Shown here in pieces: positions 39,106 through 47,845 of a DNA stretch of 48,573 bases. The notes beneath the pieces are model-generated. The model had not been told where the DNA came from and did not search any database. It worked only from the letters and a program-made list of their open reading frames with translations. Within the stretch, counting starts at the first letter, position 1. Every line of letters starts with the position of its first letter. Position numbers and translations under genes: made by a program. Source of the stretch: Cytophagaceae bacterium (GTDB lineage: Bacteria; Bacteroidota; Bacteroidia; Cytophagales; Spirosomataceae); contig CANFWR010000001.1 of NCBI GenBank assembly GCA_947450865.1, positions 1 to 48,573 on the forward strand, written 5' to 3'.

Positions 39106-40167
39106 TTATTTTACTTCACTTTTAAACGAGACTCCGATGGCATTTGCCGCCTTGTGAATCAACTCTTTTTGATACACTTGCTCCTTCGATTTTACTTCCC
39201 CTAAAGCTGGAACATTCGCCCCTAACATGGCATACCAAATCTGGTAACAATCCTTAACACTATCCCCGTGGGATGTCCATTGGGTCTTTACAGCATCGCC
39301 GCGTCCATGATCAGTCGTGATCAATAAGGTCGTTTTTCCTTTGTATTCTGGATCTGTATTTACAAAATCCCAAATCTCCCCTACCCACGCATCAAACTGG
39401 TGTACCGCATCTAGGTAATGATTGTAAGCGCCTTCATGCGCAAATTCATCCGTTTCCCCGTAGGAAATATACAAGGCTTTCGGCTTATTTTTTTTCAAAT
39501 AATGCATTGCTTTGAAATGCGTAAATGCGTCCAATGATTCCGCCATACCAAAAGGTTTAAATGACTCCTTCAACATCTTCGCTACCATTTTCATCTCCGG
39601 ATCTTTCTCTAATTCCGGATAGGAATCGAATGCATTAACTACCGGGAAACCGGCTCTTTTCTCATTCAAAATACGATCAAACGCATCCCAAGCACCGAAC
39701 GCAGCCACCTTCCCTTTATATGCTGGCAAGGAGTTTAAGTATTCAAAAAAGTTTGTATTCGGATTAGGCTTGTACTCATTGGAATTCACTGCTGTGTCTA
39801 CTTGGCCTGTTAAAATTTCGCTATATCCTGGATAAGAAAACCAATACGGATTCGCATTGTCTACTTGACTTCCCTCTTTTCTATTTCCGTGTAACTGACC
39901 TGCAGTAGCTAATTTACCCCAGAAGAAAGGCATTAATTTAGCACGTCTTTCTACCAAAGTAGGCGCATAATATTGCTGTATTAAACGAGCAGAATCTCCC
40001 TGGTGAAAACCCTTCATCTTAACAATGGACGTATCTATTCCATTGAAGACTTCTTGCCAGCGATAGCCGTCTGTGGTGATGACAATGACACGCGCGTCTG
40101 GGTTGTTTTGTTGTGCAAAAATGCGAGGTGTGAAAAGGAGAAATAACAGTACTAATTGTTTCATCAT
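39106..40167 (-). CDS. Exported alkaline-phosphatase-superfamily metalloenzyme
   Basis: Signal peptide; ITTDGYRWQE, FSYPGYSEILTG, GETDEFAH, TTDHGRG. Confidence 0.85.
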   Translation of the reverse strand: MMKQLVLLFLLFTPRIFAQQNNPDARVIVITTDGYRWQEVFNGIDTSIVKMKGFHQGDSARLIQQYYAPTLVERRAKLMPFFWGKLATAGQLHGNRKEGSQVDNANPYWFSYPGYSEILTGQVDTAVNSNEYKPNPNTNFFEYLNSLPAYKGKVAAFGAWDAFDRILNEKRAGFPVVNAFDSYPELEKDPEMKMVAKMLKESFKPFGMAESLDAFTHFKAMHYLKKNKPKALYISYGETDEFAHEGAYNHYLDAVHQFDAWVGEIWDFVNTDPEYKGKTTLLITTDHGRGDAVKTQWTSHGDSVKDCYQIWYAMLGANVPALGEVKSKEQVYQKELIHKAANAIGVSFKSEVK

Positions 40168-40180
40168 TATGGCTTATTGA

Positions 40181-40235
40181 CAAAGCTAAGTTATGGAAAT
40201 AATCAGAATATAATACGCTTGTTAAGTTTAGATTA
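40181..40235 (-). promoter_or_regulatory. Pho-box-like repeats plus -7 box
   Basis: Minus-strand TAGCTTTG at 40188-40181; in-phase TATAA 40209 (weak), TGTTA 40220, GATTA 40231. Confidence 0.5.
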
Positions 40236-40637
40236 ATTGTTCAAAGATCCCTGTTTGGCCCAAGCTTCAATCAAGGCTATTTCGCATTTTAGCAGGGAGG
40301 CTCCTTTAGGCATATACGGGGGATTTCCACTGGGTGGAAAATAAACCGATTGATATAATTCGCCCGATTTCGAGGACTCTGAAATTTGCGTGTAATTCTC
40401 TATGACAATGCCACCGTAATGATTCTTCGCATCATGGCAGGACAGGCAATTATTCTTAATGATGGGATAGATATCTCGTGAAAAAGAGACCGTGGATAAA
40501 GGTGACGTAGAACAAGTGGAGGGGGCTATGTTGCCCTCCTTATCTTGTAAACAACCCGATAGAAAAAAAACAAGAAATGCCAGAAGGAAACCTCCTAGCA
40601 TTTTCTGTATTACACCAATATATTGTCTTTGAACCAC
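40233..40637 (-). CDS. Putative monoheme c-type cytochrome lipoprotein
   Basis: Lipobox LSG-C; 'VSFSRDIYPIIKNNCLSCH' (CxxCH); distal 'YMPK'; 'IEAWAKQG'. Confidence 0.75.
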   Translation of the reverse strand: MVQRQYIGVIQKMLGGFLLAFLVFFLSGCLQDKEGNIAPSTCSTSPLSTVSFSRDIYPIIKNNCLSCHDAKNHYGGIVIENYTQISESSKSGELYQSVYFPPSGNPPYMPKGASLLKCEIALIEAWAKQGSLNN

Positions 40638-41179
40638 TATAGTTTGTGGGTGGGCACCCAGCGGTTTATATTTTCATTGTATTGTAATGTTGAATCTGGC
40701 CATTGGATATAATCTTTCATGACCATGTACTCATCTAGCTTTCCGTTATTCTTTAATTCTCTAAAAAGGAATGCGCCGCGTTCTAAGACTTCGGCTTCTT
40801 TTAAGTGCGGTGTATTTACCACTTCTTTAAAATCGTAAGGTTTTAAGCTGCCCGATTTTAGTTTAAATGTTCCCACGACACCGCGTTGGAAAACTTGTAG
40901 GTTTGCAACGGGTCTAGTAAGGAAATAGTACCACGTACTATCTTCTTTCATCTCTAGTTTCACTAGTTTATAAAAGGGTAGACGCATCCAGTAATAATTA
41001 GTGTATTTGGCTTGAAAACGTGTTGTATCGTTTGCAAAGGGCGGGTTCTCCGCCACGAATGTCATTATATTGGTAGTTAAGGTATCTTGTTGCGCTTCAT
41101 TAAAGTAGTAAGCGACTTCGTCTTTTTTATGGCAAGATGCCAAAGACATCAAGGCAAAAAGGGCAATAATGTATTTCAT
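40637..41179 (-). CDS. Hypothetical lipoprotein
   Basis: MKYIIALFALMSLAS-C lipobox; no family recognised. Confidence 0.65.
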   Translation of the reverse strand: MKYIIALFALMSLASCHKKDEVAYYFNEAQQDTLTTNIMTFVAENPPFANDTTRFQAKYTNYYWMRLPFYKLVKLEMKEDSTWYYFLTRPVANLQVFQRGVVGTFKLKSGSLKPYDFKEVVNTPHLKEAEVLERGAFLFRELKNNGKLDEYMVMKDYIQWPDSTLQYNENINRWVPTHKL

Positions 41180-41198
41180 GGTGTTTGGTGTAAAATTT

Positions 41199-41231
41199 AA
41201 AAAAAGGGAGCTGACCTGAGCCAGCTCCCTT
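41199..41231 (-). terminator. Intrinsic terminator after the large lipoprotein
   Basis: A7-GGGAGCTG-acctgagc-CAGCTCCC-TT. Confidence 0.85.
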
Positions 41232-41239
41232 GGATACCT

Positions 41240-43030
41240 TTACTTAATATAAACGACTGCTTGAGGAGCAAATTCTGCCCAACCCGCTGTCCAGTCTGTA
41301 GATTTAAATGCACCTACGTAATCTGTTGCTTCGAAGAAAGCAGGAAGACCTGATTTCAAGTTAGCACCGATTAATGACTCAGAAGTACCTGCCGTTAATG
41401 TGAACGTAGGACGACCTGCAGACCATAAAGTAGAAGAAAGACCTAAGTTAGCTTGTGTCGCTACAAGTTTATTACCTGTTAAAGCTTTGAACCAATCTTC
41501 AGGAACAGCTGTACCGATTGTGAAAGCTGTTAAACCTGTAGAAAGACCTGTATTTAAAGATGTCATATTCTCAAAACCTGGAACTGGAACACCCATTGGC
41601 TTAACTGCAACAGACCAGTTTAAACCCCAACCGTTCGTTCCCCAGCCTTCAACACCAGCTAATACTACGTTTCCTAAATCGATATCACCAGCAGCAGCGT
41701 TCGCTTTTGCACTACCTTTTTGAGAGTCAATATAAACTCCATAAGGATATCCTGTGATAACCGTGTTATAGATTTTTTGCTTGTTGTTACGACGTAATTG
41801 AGCACCATGTTGGAATAATGGGTCAATGGCAACAGAAGATGATCCTTTTGCTCCAATGATTGACATGTTCGCAAAAATCGCAGAAGTGAATGGTGTGTTT
41901 GCTGAACCGTTCGCATCGTTATCACACTCAAAACCATTTGATCCTGATTGATCCGCAATAGCAGCACCACGGATACCTATACCGAATTGTACATATCCTG
42001 AGAATCCATTATCTGTATCAAAGTCATCATCTAATCCTTTATAAGCGATTAAGTGTTTTGCGTTTACTGTTCCGCCAAACCACTCAAATGAATCATCTAA
42101 ACCATAAGAAGCTTGAACATAATCAATTGTTGTACCTGAGCCTACTGAACCCATTGTTAATGAGTTAACCTCTTGGTTCGGGTTGATAGGGATACCCGCG
42201 TATTCTAAACGAACATATTTCAATGTCCCTGAGTTATCAGCTGCATCAGTACCACCATGGAACGCACCGTAACCACCTTCTAATTCACGAGAAGCTTGTG
42301 CATCAGGTAAGTTATTAGGAGCCTTACCACAAATAACTAATCCACCCCAGTCACCTGGCTCACGTGTACCTGGATCTCTCTCAGATGTGAAAACGATAGG
42401 AGCAGCAGCTGTTCCGATTGCGTTGATTTTAGAACCACGTTGTACGATTAATGCACCTTTTGTAGCACGTTCTCCGATAATAACAGTTCCCGCCTCAATA
42501 GTCAAATTACCTACTTTCGTAGTTGTTCCGTAAGTAGCTTCTTCACCTACACGCACAAAACCTGACAATTTGTAGATTTTATTCGCAGTCCAAGTTACGT
42601 TACCTTCGATTACACCCGTAACAGTAACAATTTGCTTAGGAGGTGTAGCAGTCACTGTAACCACGACAGGAACTAAAGCAGAAATTTGGTTTTTGTTATC
42701 CGTTGCTTGAATAGTAAAGTTAACCTTAGAACCAGCTGCTAACGACTCTACTACATAAGTAGAAGTATACGTATACGCTTTTTCACCAGCTAAAACTTTC
42801 GTTTCGAATGCTGCACCATTTTTCAAAACAGTGATAGATTTCAAACCTGCAGGAGCAGAGATAGAGGCGCTAACCGTAACGGAAGCACCCGCAATACCAG
42901 CCAATTCACCGCTTGACGTTACCGTGGGAAGCGGGAATACTTCATCTTCTTTTTGGCATGAAGAGAATGCAAGAGAAACGACTGTTAGAACAGCCATTAA
43001 CTTGAACAAGTTGTTTGTAAAAAGTTTCAT
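41240..43030 (-). CDS. Surface lipoprotein with Ig-like and predicted beta-helix domains, partner of the TonB-dependent receptor
   Basis: Lipobox FSS-C; LTIEAGT, PIVFTS, GDWGGL, DNSGTLKYVRLEYAG, DDSFEWFGG, DDDFDTD. Confidence 0.75.
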   Translation of the reverse strand: MKLFTNNLFKLMAVLTVVSLAFSSCQKEDEVFPLPTVTSSGELAGIAGASVTVSASISAPAGLKSITVLKNGAAFETKVLAGEKAYTYTSTYVVESLAAGSKVNFTIQATDNKNQISALVPVVVTVTATPPKQIVTVTGVIEGNVTWTANKIYKLSGFVRVGEEATYGTTTKVGNLTIEAGTVIIGERATKGALIVQRGSKINAIGTAAAPIVFTSERDPGTREPGDWGGLVICGKAPNNLPDAQASRELEGGYGAFHGGTDAADNSGTLKYVRLEYAGIPINPNQEVNSLTMGSVGSGTTIDYVQASYGLDDSFEWFGGTVNAKHLIAYKGLDDDFDTDNGFSGYVQFGIGIRGAAIADQSGSNGFECDNDANGSANTPFTSAIFANMSIIGAKGSSSVAIDPLFQHGAQLRRNNKQKIYNTVITGYPYGVYIDSQKGSAKANAAAGDIDLGNVVLAGVEGWGTNGWGLNWSVAVKPMGVPVPGFENMTSLNTGLSTGLTAFTIGTAVPEDWFKALTGNKLVATQANLGLSSTLWSAGRPTFTLTAGTSESLIGANLKSGLPAFFEATDYVGAFKSTDWTAGWAEFAPQAVVYIK

Positions 43031-43067
43031 TTGATTTTAAATTGATTGTTTAGTTTAATTGTAAGAT

Positions 43068-45905
43068 TTATTTATATCCGAAAGGCGTAAAAATGAGCCC
43101 CAAAGAGTATACGCGACCAGGAGAATACGACTGAATTACTTGATCCTTAGAAGTATCAAAGCTTCCATCTTGGTTACCATCTTGTAAGACGATATTGTTA
43201 TTATTTAAGATATCCGAAACACCACCTTTAATCTGGATATTCTTGTAGATTCTCTTCGAGAAAGTGAAATCCACTACGTTACGTGGCATCTCGTACCAAT
43301 CTGGATAGGCATAACCGTAGTTATTACCCACCGCATAAATACGTTTTCCGATTACGTTAAAGGACAGATTTAACTGCAATCCTTTCTGAGTGTCATTGTA
43401 ATTATAAGTCGCGTTCACGATGTAAGGACTTTGGCCTTGTAAAGGGCGATTATCCGATTGATTTGCTCCTGTTGTAGTTCCCAAAGTAACCTTACTAGCA
43501 ATGAAAGCAGCATTGAATACCACACTTGATTTTGCCCAGAAACCCGTAGGTTGAATGAAATTCAAGTTCTTACGAATCTCCGCTTCGATACCAGCAGAAT
43601 AAGCGCTGGCAGCATTTTCAAAGCTCAAGTTTGGATTTGAACCTGAAGAGAATACCACCTCAATAGGGTTCGTAAATTGCTTGTAGAATAATGCCAAACT
43701 CACTACCTCGGATGGCGTAGGATAGGACTCAAAACGGAAATCGTAATTTTGAACTGTTGCATTCTTCAATTTAGAGTTACCCGTAATGTTGCGGTTGTTC
43801 ACGAAATCATAGAAAGAGAATGGAGCTACTTCGCGGAATTCAGGACGATTAACTGTTTGACCAAAAGCTAAACGAAGCAATGATTTCTCCGTGAAGTTGT
43901 AGGTCATATTAACAGAAGGTAAGATATTCAATACGGTGTTATCGTATTTTAATGGCTTACCGATTAAGTCATACGAATCTAGTTTTTGGCTATTACTCTC
44001 CGCACGTACACCAGCGACCACATTTACTTTTGATCCTAAAGCTAAACCTGCTTGAACATAGCCTGCGTATAATAAATTCGTTGCTGTATAGGAGTCATTC
44101 GGGTTCGTTTGCTCATCAATTTTAACCCCAGTAGTTGGGTTGATATTAGATGGGTCAAAAATTTGCTCTACAGGCAATCCTCCTAAATTAAATAAGCTGG
44201 AATTCGCACGAACAAAGGCTAAGTTACGCGCATCAAATTGACGCTTCTTCGACTCTAAATATACACCAGTTTTGAACTCTAATTCTTTACCTTTAGCGCC
44301 GTCTTTCCCTGAAGCTAAGATGAATTTGTGCGCTAAATTAAGACCTCCCGTAACCGCTTTTTCATTTAAAATAATGTTTGTACGGCCTAGGTTAAAGGTT
44401 TGAGCAGCTCCTTGTGGAACATATAAAATGCGGCTATTACCATCGACTAAATAACGGAAACGCTTGTAGTCTGGTTGCTCACGGAAAGATGAATTATAAC
44501 CCGCTACCCAGTCAAGTTTCGTATTGCCATCATTAAAATCATGCTTCCCGGCTAATTGACCCGTATAAATACCGCGGTATACTTGGTCAAAAGAACGAAT
44601 GTTCCAATTAGCTCCATTGTCATCTCCATTACGATCCACAAATTGTGAATTGCTTAACTGGTTAAATAAGTTCTTGATTTCGATACTATGATTGTCTGAG
44701 AACTTGAATGCCCAGTTATGCATCACACCTACACGAATCGCGGTTGAATATTGTTGATCTGTAAAACTGAAAACGAAATCCGGCTTACCTGTAGTCAAAA
44801 TAGACGAGTAGCCATAATCGTTTCGAAGCATGTTAAACTTTGTGTAAGTGCTGGAATAGTTCACGGCTGTTACATTTCCTACTTTAACACTACCTAGGTT
44901 AAATTTTAAACCTCCCGAAAGAGAGAATCGCATATCAGGTAATGCAGTAGATTGAACTGGAACCCAGTTATTTCTAAGCGATTGACCTATTTGAGCTAAT
45001 TGAGCTGGCCCAGCGTTATTGATTTCTAATTTTGTTGCTGGGAACGATTTAGGAAGATCAAAGTAACCTGTGTTAAAACCTGTCCAATAGTTTGCTCCGT
45101 GCATAGGAGAATAGAACGTCGAGTTTGTCGTTCCATCTCTGTAAGAAGAACTAGCATCGATGGTTAGGAAGTTTTGCTCTGGAATCGTTTTGGTAAAAAT
45201 CTTTACCACACCACCTGCGAATTCGCCAGGCAATTCAGCAGCAGGAGATTTGAACACCAAAATACGGTCAATTTGACCAGCTGGAATGATATCGAATGAG
45301 AATGAACGCATATCCGTCTCCATCGATGGAGCGAAAGTATTGTTCAATTGTACTGTGTTATAACGTTCGTTTAGACCACGGATATTAATGAAGCGATCAC
45401 CGAAGATGGTTACACCTGGAACACGCTTCACAACTTCTGCCGCTGTACGGTCTAAAGTCTTCGTGATTTGTGCAGCGGAGATACCACTTACGACTAACTG
45501 AGAGGCTTTGATCTCTGAGATAACCGAAACTTCCGTGTTAGTTAAACGCTGAGCAACTACTTTTACTTCTGCTAAAGTAGAACTTGCTTCCTGGATGTTT
45601 AAGTTCAAATCAGTTACTTGACCTGCTTCTACTTTAACTCCTTCGTAAATTTTAGAATCGTAACCCACATAAGAGATCTTTAATGAATAAGATCCTGTTG
45701 GAAGTTTTGCGAAAGAGAAGAAACCGTTAATATCTGTTGCAGCGCCTTTATTAATGCCTTGCACTAAGATGGTTGCTCCGATAATGTCTTCTTTTGTTTT
45801 TGCGTCTTTAATCGTTCCGCGAAGGGTTCCTTCTTGCGCAAATGCCGCTGCAGAGAGCGTAAAGAATAGAATGATTAAATTGGTGTACTTGTAAACTGAT
45901 TTCAT
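43068..45905 (-). CDS. TonB-dependent receptor with carboxypeptidase-regulatory-like N-domain
   Basis: Signal peptide; plug 'KRVPGVT..IRGLNERYN', 'LPGEFAGG'; 'NRPEFRE', 'RPLQGQSPY'; ATG at 45905. Confidence 0.92.
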   Translation of the reverse strand: MKSVYKYTNLIILFFTLSAAAFAQEGTLRGTIKDAKTKEDIIGATILVQGINKGAATDINGFFSFAKLPTGSYSLKISYVGYDSKIYEGVKVEAGQVTDLNLNIQEASSTLAEVKVVAQRLTNTEVSVISEIKASQLVVSGISAAQITKTLDRTAAEVVKRVPGVTIFGDRFINIRGLNERYNTVQLNNTFAPSMETDMRSFSFDIIPAGQIDRILVFKSPAAELPGEFAGGVVKIFTKTIPEQNFLTIDASSSYRDGTTNSTFYSPMHGANYWTGFNTGYFDLPKSFPATKLEINNAGPAQLAQIGQSLRNNWVPVQSTALPDMRFSLSGGLKFNLGSVKVGNVTAVNYSSTYTKFNMLRNDYGYSSILTTGKPDFVFSFTDQQYSTAIRVGVMHNWAFKFSDNHSIEIKNLFNQLSNSQFVDRNGDDNGANWNIRSFDQVYRGIYTGQLAGKHDFNDGNTKLDWVAGYNSSFREQPDYKRFRYLVDGNSRILYVPQGAAQTFNLGRTNIILNEKAVTGGLNLAHKFILASGKDGAKGKELEFKTGVYLESKKRQFDARNLAFVRANSSLFNLGGLPVEQIFDPSNINPTTGVKIDEQTNPNDSYTATNLLYAGYVQAGLALGSKVNVVAGVRAESNSQKLDSYDLIGKPLKYDNTVLNILPSVNMTYNFTEKSLLRLAFGQTVNRPEFREVAPFSFYDFVNNRNITGNSKLKNATVQNYDFRFESYPTPSEVVSLALFYKQFTNPIEVVFSSGSNPNLSFENAASAYSAGIEAEIRKNLNFIQPTGFWAKSSVVFNAAFIASKVTLGTTTGANQSDNRPLQGQSPYIVNATYNYNDTQKGLQLNLSFNVIGKRIYAVGNNYGYAYPDWYEMPRNVVDFTFSKRIYKNIQIKGGVSDILNNNNIVLQDGNQDGSFDTSKDQVIQSYSPGRVYSLGLIFTPFGYK

Positions 45906-45934
45906 AAAAGAGAATACTGGTGATTTTGATGTCA

Positions 45935-46000
45935 CAAAAGTATTCCCGCTACACTTCAGCTCGATTAAGCCAATGTTAGGCTTCTGTTATGTAAATGTTA
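45935..46000 (-). promoter_or_regulatory. Four Pho-box-like repeats plus -7 box
   Basis: Minus-strand TACTTTTG at 45942-45935; GATTA 45963, TGTTA 45974, 45985, 45996. Confidence 0.75.
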
Positions 46001-46136
46001 AAAGAAACCCCATTCGATTAACAATTCGGTAACATGGGTATTTTTTGTAGAAAATTTCACTTTTCTATACTGTTTTATTGCATAATTTCAAGTTTTTGCA
46101 TTTTTTATAGAAGAACTTTCTTAGAAAAGTGAAAAT

Positions 46137-46180
46137 TAACATGGATTTAATTTGCGGGTAATGTGAAAGCACTAGTTTTG
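46137..46180 (+). promoter_or_regulatory. Pho-box-like repeats plus -7 box
   Basis: TAACA 46137, TAATT 46148, TAATG 46159; TAGTTTTG at 46173. Confidence 0.45.
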
Positions 46181-46229
46181 GGTCAACAAACGGAAATCAT
46201 TCCGCCTAAGTTTATTAAAATCAAGCATT

Positions 46230-46580
46230 ATGAAAAAGTACTCAAACAAAAACACAATTGCTGCCTTATTATTTGCAGCCAGCCTGTTTGTCGTTTCTGC
46301 CGCTAATGGAGCAGAATTATCACTTCCCGTGAACATTGAATCTGTAGGTAAATTGAAATATATGGTGTCTGTCAAAGCAGGAGCCACGGTCATCATCTAC
46401 GATGCAGAAAATAACGAGATTCACAAGGAAGGAATCGCAACGCAAAAATTGTTCAATTTAGCGGGATTATCTGATGGAAACTACCGCATGGTAGTCTTAG
46501 ATGACCACAAAAACGTGTTGACTTCTAAGTCGTTTACGATCAAAACGGAAGTGAAGCGCGATATCGTTGCTATGAACTAA
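46230..46580 (+). CDS. Small secreted beta-sandwich protein of unknown function
   Basis: Signal peptide; 'IYDAENNEIH' and 'FNLAGLSDGNYRMVV' resemble small Ig-like folds. Confidence 0.65.
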   Translation: MKKYSNKNTIAALLFAASLFVVSAANGAELSLPVNIESVGKLKYMVSVKAGATVIIYDAENNEIHKEGIATQKLFNLAGLSDGNYRMVVLDDHKNVLTSKSFTIKTEVKRDIVAMN

Positions 46581-46620
46581 TTACCCAACATCAACGAATT
46601 ATAGTGAAAGATTAAGGGGT

Positions 46621-46649
46621 AAAAAGGCGGACCAGTGGTTCGCCTTTTT
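46621..46649. terminator. Bidirectional intrinsic terminator
   Basis: A5-GGCGGACC-agt-GGTTCGCC-T5. Confidence 0.85.
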
Positions 46650-46654
46650 CTTTT

Positions 46655-47845
46655 TTAGCTCAGTTCTTTGCTCTTGATTTTATGCAGCAAAAACACAGCC
46701 ACGAGTATCGGAAGCGAGAAAATCAGGAATCGCCCAGCCACGGACATGCCGCTATCTGTTAATAGGCCAAAGACGGTGGGACCCAATATCGCCCCAAAAC
46801 GCCCCGCTCCCATCGCTAAACCCACCCCCGTTGAACGAATGCCCGCTGGATAAATGCGAGTCGCGGCGGGATAGAAACTATTAAACCCACCTTGGACTAA
46901 AAAGCCGATGAAGAATACTAAGGTGAGGTTGACTATATAGTCGAGTTTTACGTTGCCATAGAAATTCATCAAAACGAAAGCAATGATAAAGAAAAGAGTC
47001 ATCGTTTTCTTTATCCCTATTTTGCTAATCGCTAAGCCCATCACAAACACACCGGTAAATGCCCCAAAATTTAAGGTCATTCCCACGTAGGTGGCGAGCT
47101 CGAAAGGCATGCCAGATTGTTTGGCCAATGTAGGCACCCAACTGATTAAAGTATACAAAGTTAAAAAGCCAAAGAAAATAGCCGTCCACAACAACAAAGT
47201 GGACGCTCGGTATTCAGGGGTAAAAAGTTCTTTAATCTTAGTCTTGTTGAGATGCGGCGCTTGGGGTTCGAATCCAGGGGATTCTGGCAAGAAAAAATAC
47301 ACTAAAAGTAGAAGCGCAAACGAAAAGGCACTCGCAATCAAAAAGGTCGCCCGCCAGCCTAACAGCGGAAAGACCCAGGCCACGACAAAACCCGTCAAAA
47401 TAGCTCCTAAAGGCCAGCCTCCTTGCACGATTCCTACATTGAAATCGCGGGTTTTATCCGTGGAAAACTCAGAGGCAACCGTGGCTAAATTAGGGAGGAT
47501 CCCGCCGATGCCTAAACCGGTAATTAATCTGAAAATCAGTAATGCTTTTAATGATGGAGCGAAATAAACGAGTAACATGCCCACACTAATTAGAAACAAA
47601 GATCCTAAAAACACCTTACGCCTTCCCCATTGATCACCCAGTGGCGCTAAAACGAAACAGCCCGCCGTCATCCCCGCTAATCCTGCCGAAAACACATAAC
47701 CTAGTTCCGCATTATTCAAACCCCATGCTTTCATGATGTGCTCCCCAGTAAAGGAAACGAGCAAAACGTCGATTCCGTCGTTGAAATTGAGCAAAAAGCA
47801 GAGGGAGACTACTCCTATTTGGAGCCAAGACATCGAGTTTTTCAT
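46655..47845 (-). CDS. MFS transporter, aromatic acid:H+ symporter (AAHS)-like
   Basis: DGID, LGDQWGRR, RLITGLGIGG, LPESP, IYPAGIRSTGVG; about 12 TM. Confidence 0.88.
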   Translation of the reverse strand: MKNSMSWLQIGVVSLCFLLNFNDGIDVLLVSFTGEHIMKAWGLNNAELGYVFSAGLAGMTAGCFVLAPLGDQWGRRKVFLGSLFLISVGMLLVYFAPSLKALLIFRLITGLGIGGILPNLATVASEFSTDKTRDFNVGIVQGGWPLGAILTGFVVAWVFPLLGWRATFLIASAFSFALLLLVYFFLPESPGFEPQAPHLNKTKIKELFTPEYRASTLLLWTAIFFGFLTLYTLISWVPTLAKQSGMPFELATYVGMTLNFGAFTGVFVMGLAISKIGIKKTMTLFFIIAFVLMNFYGNVKLDYIVNLTLVFFIGFLVQGGFNSFYPAATRIYPAGIRSTGVGLAMGAGRFGAILGPTVFGLLTDSGMSVAGRFLIFSLPILVAVFLLHKIKSKELS

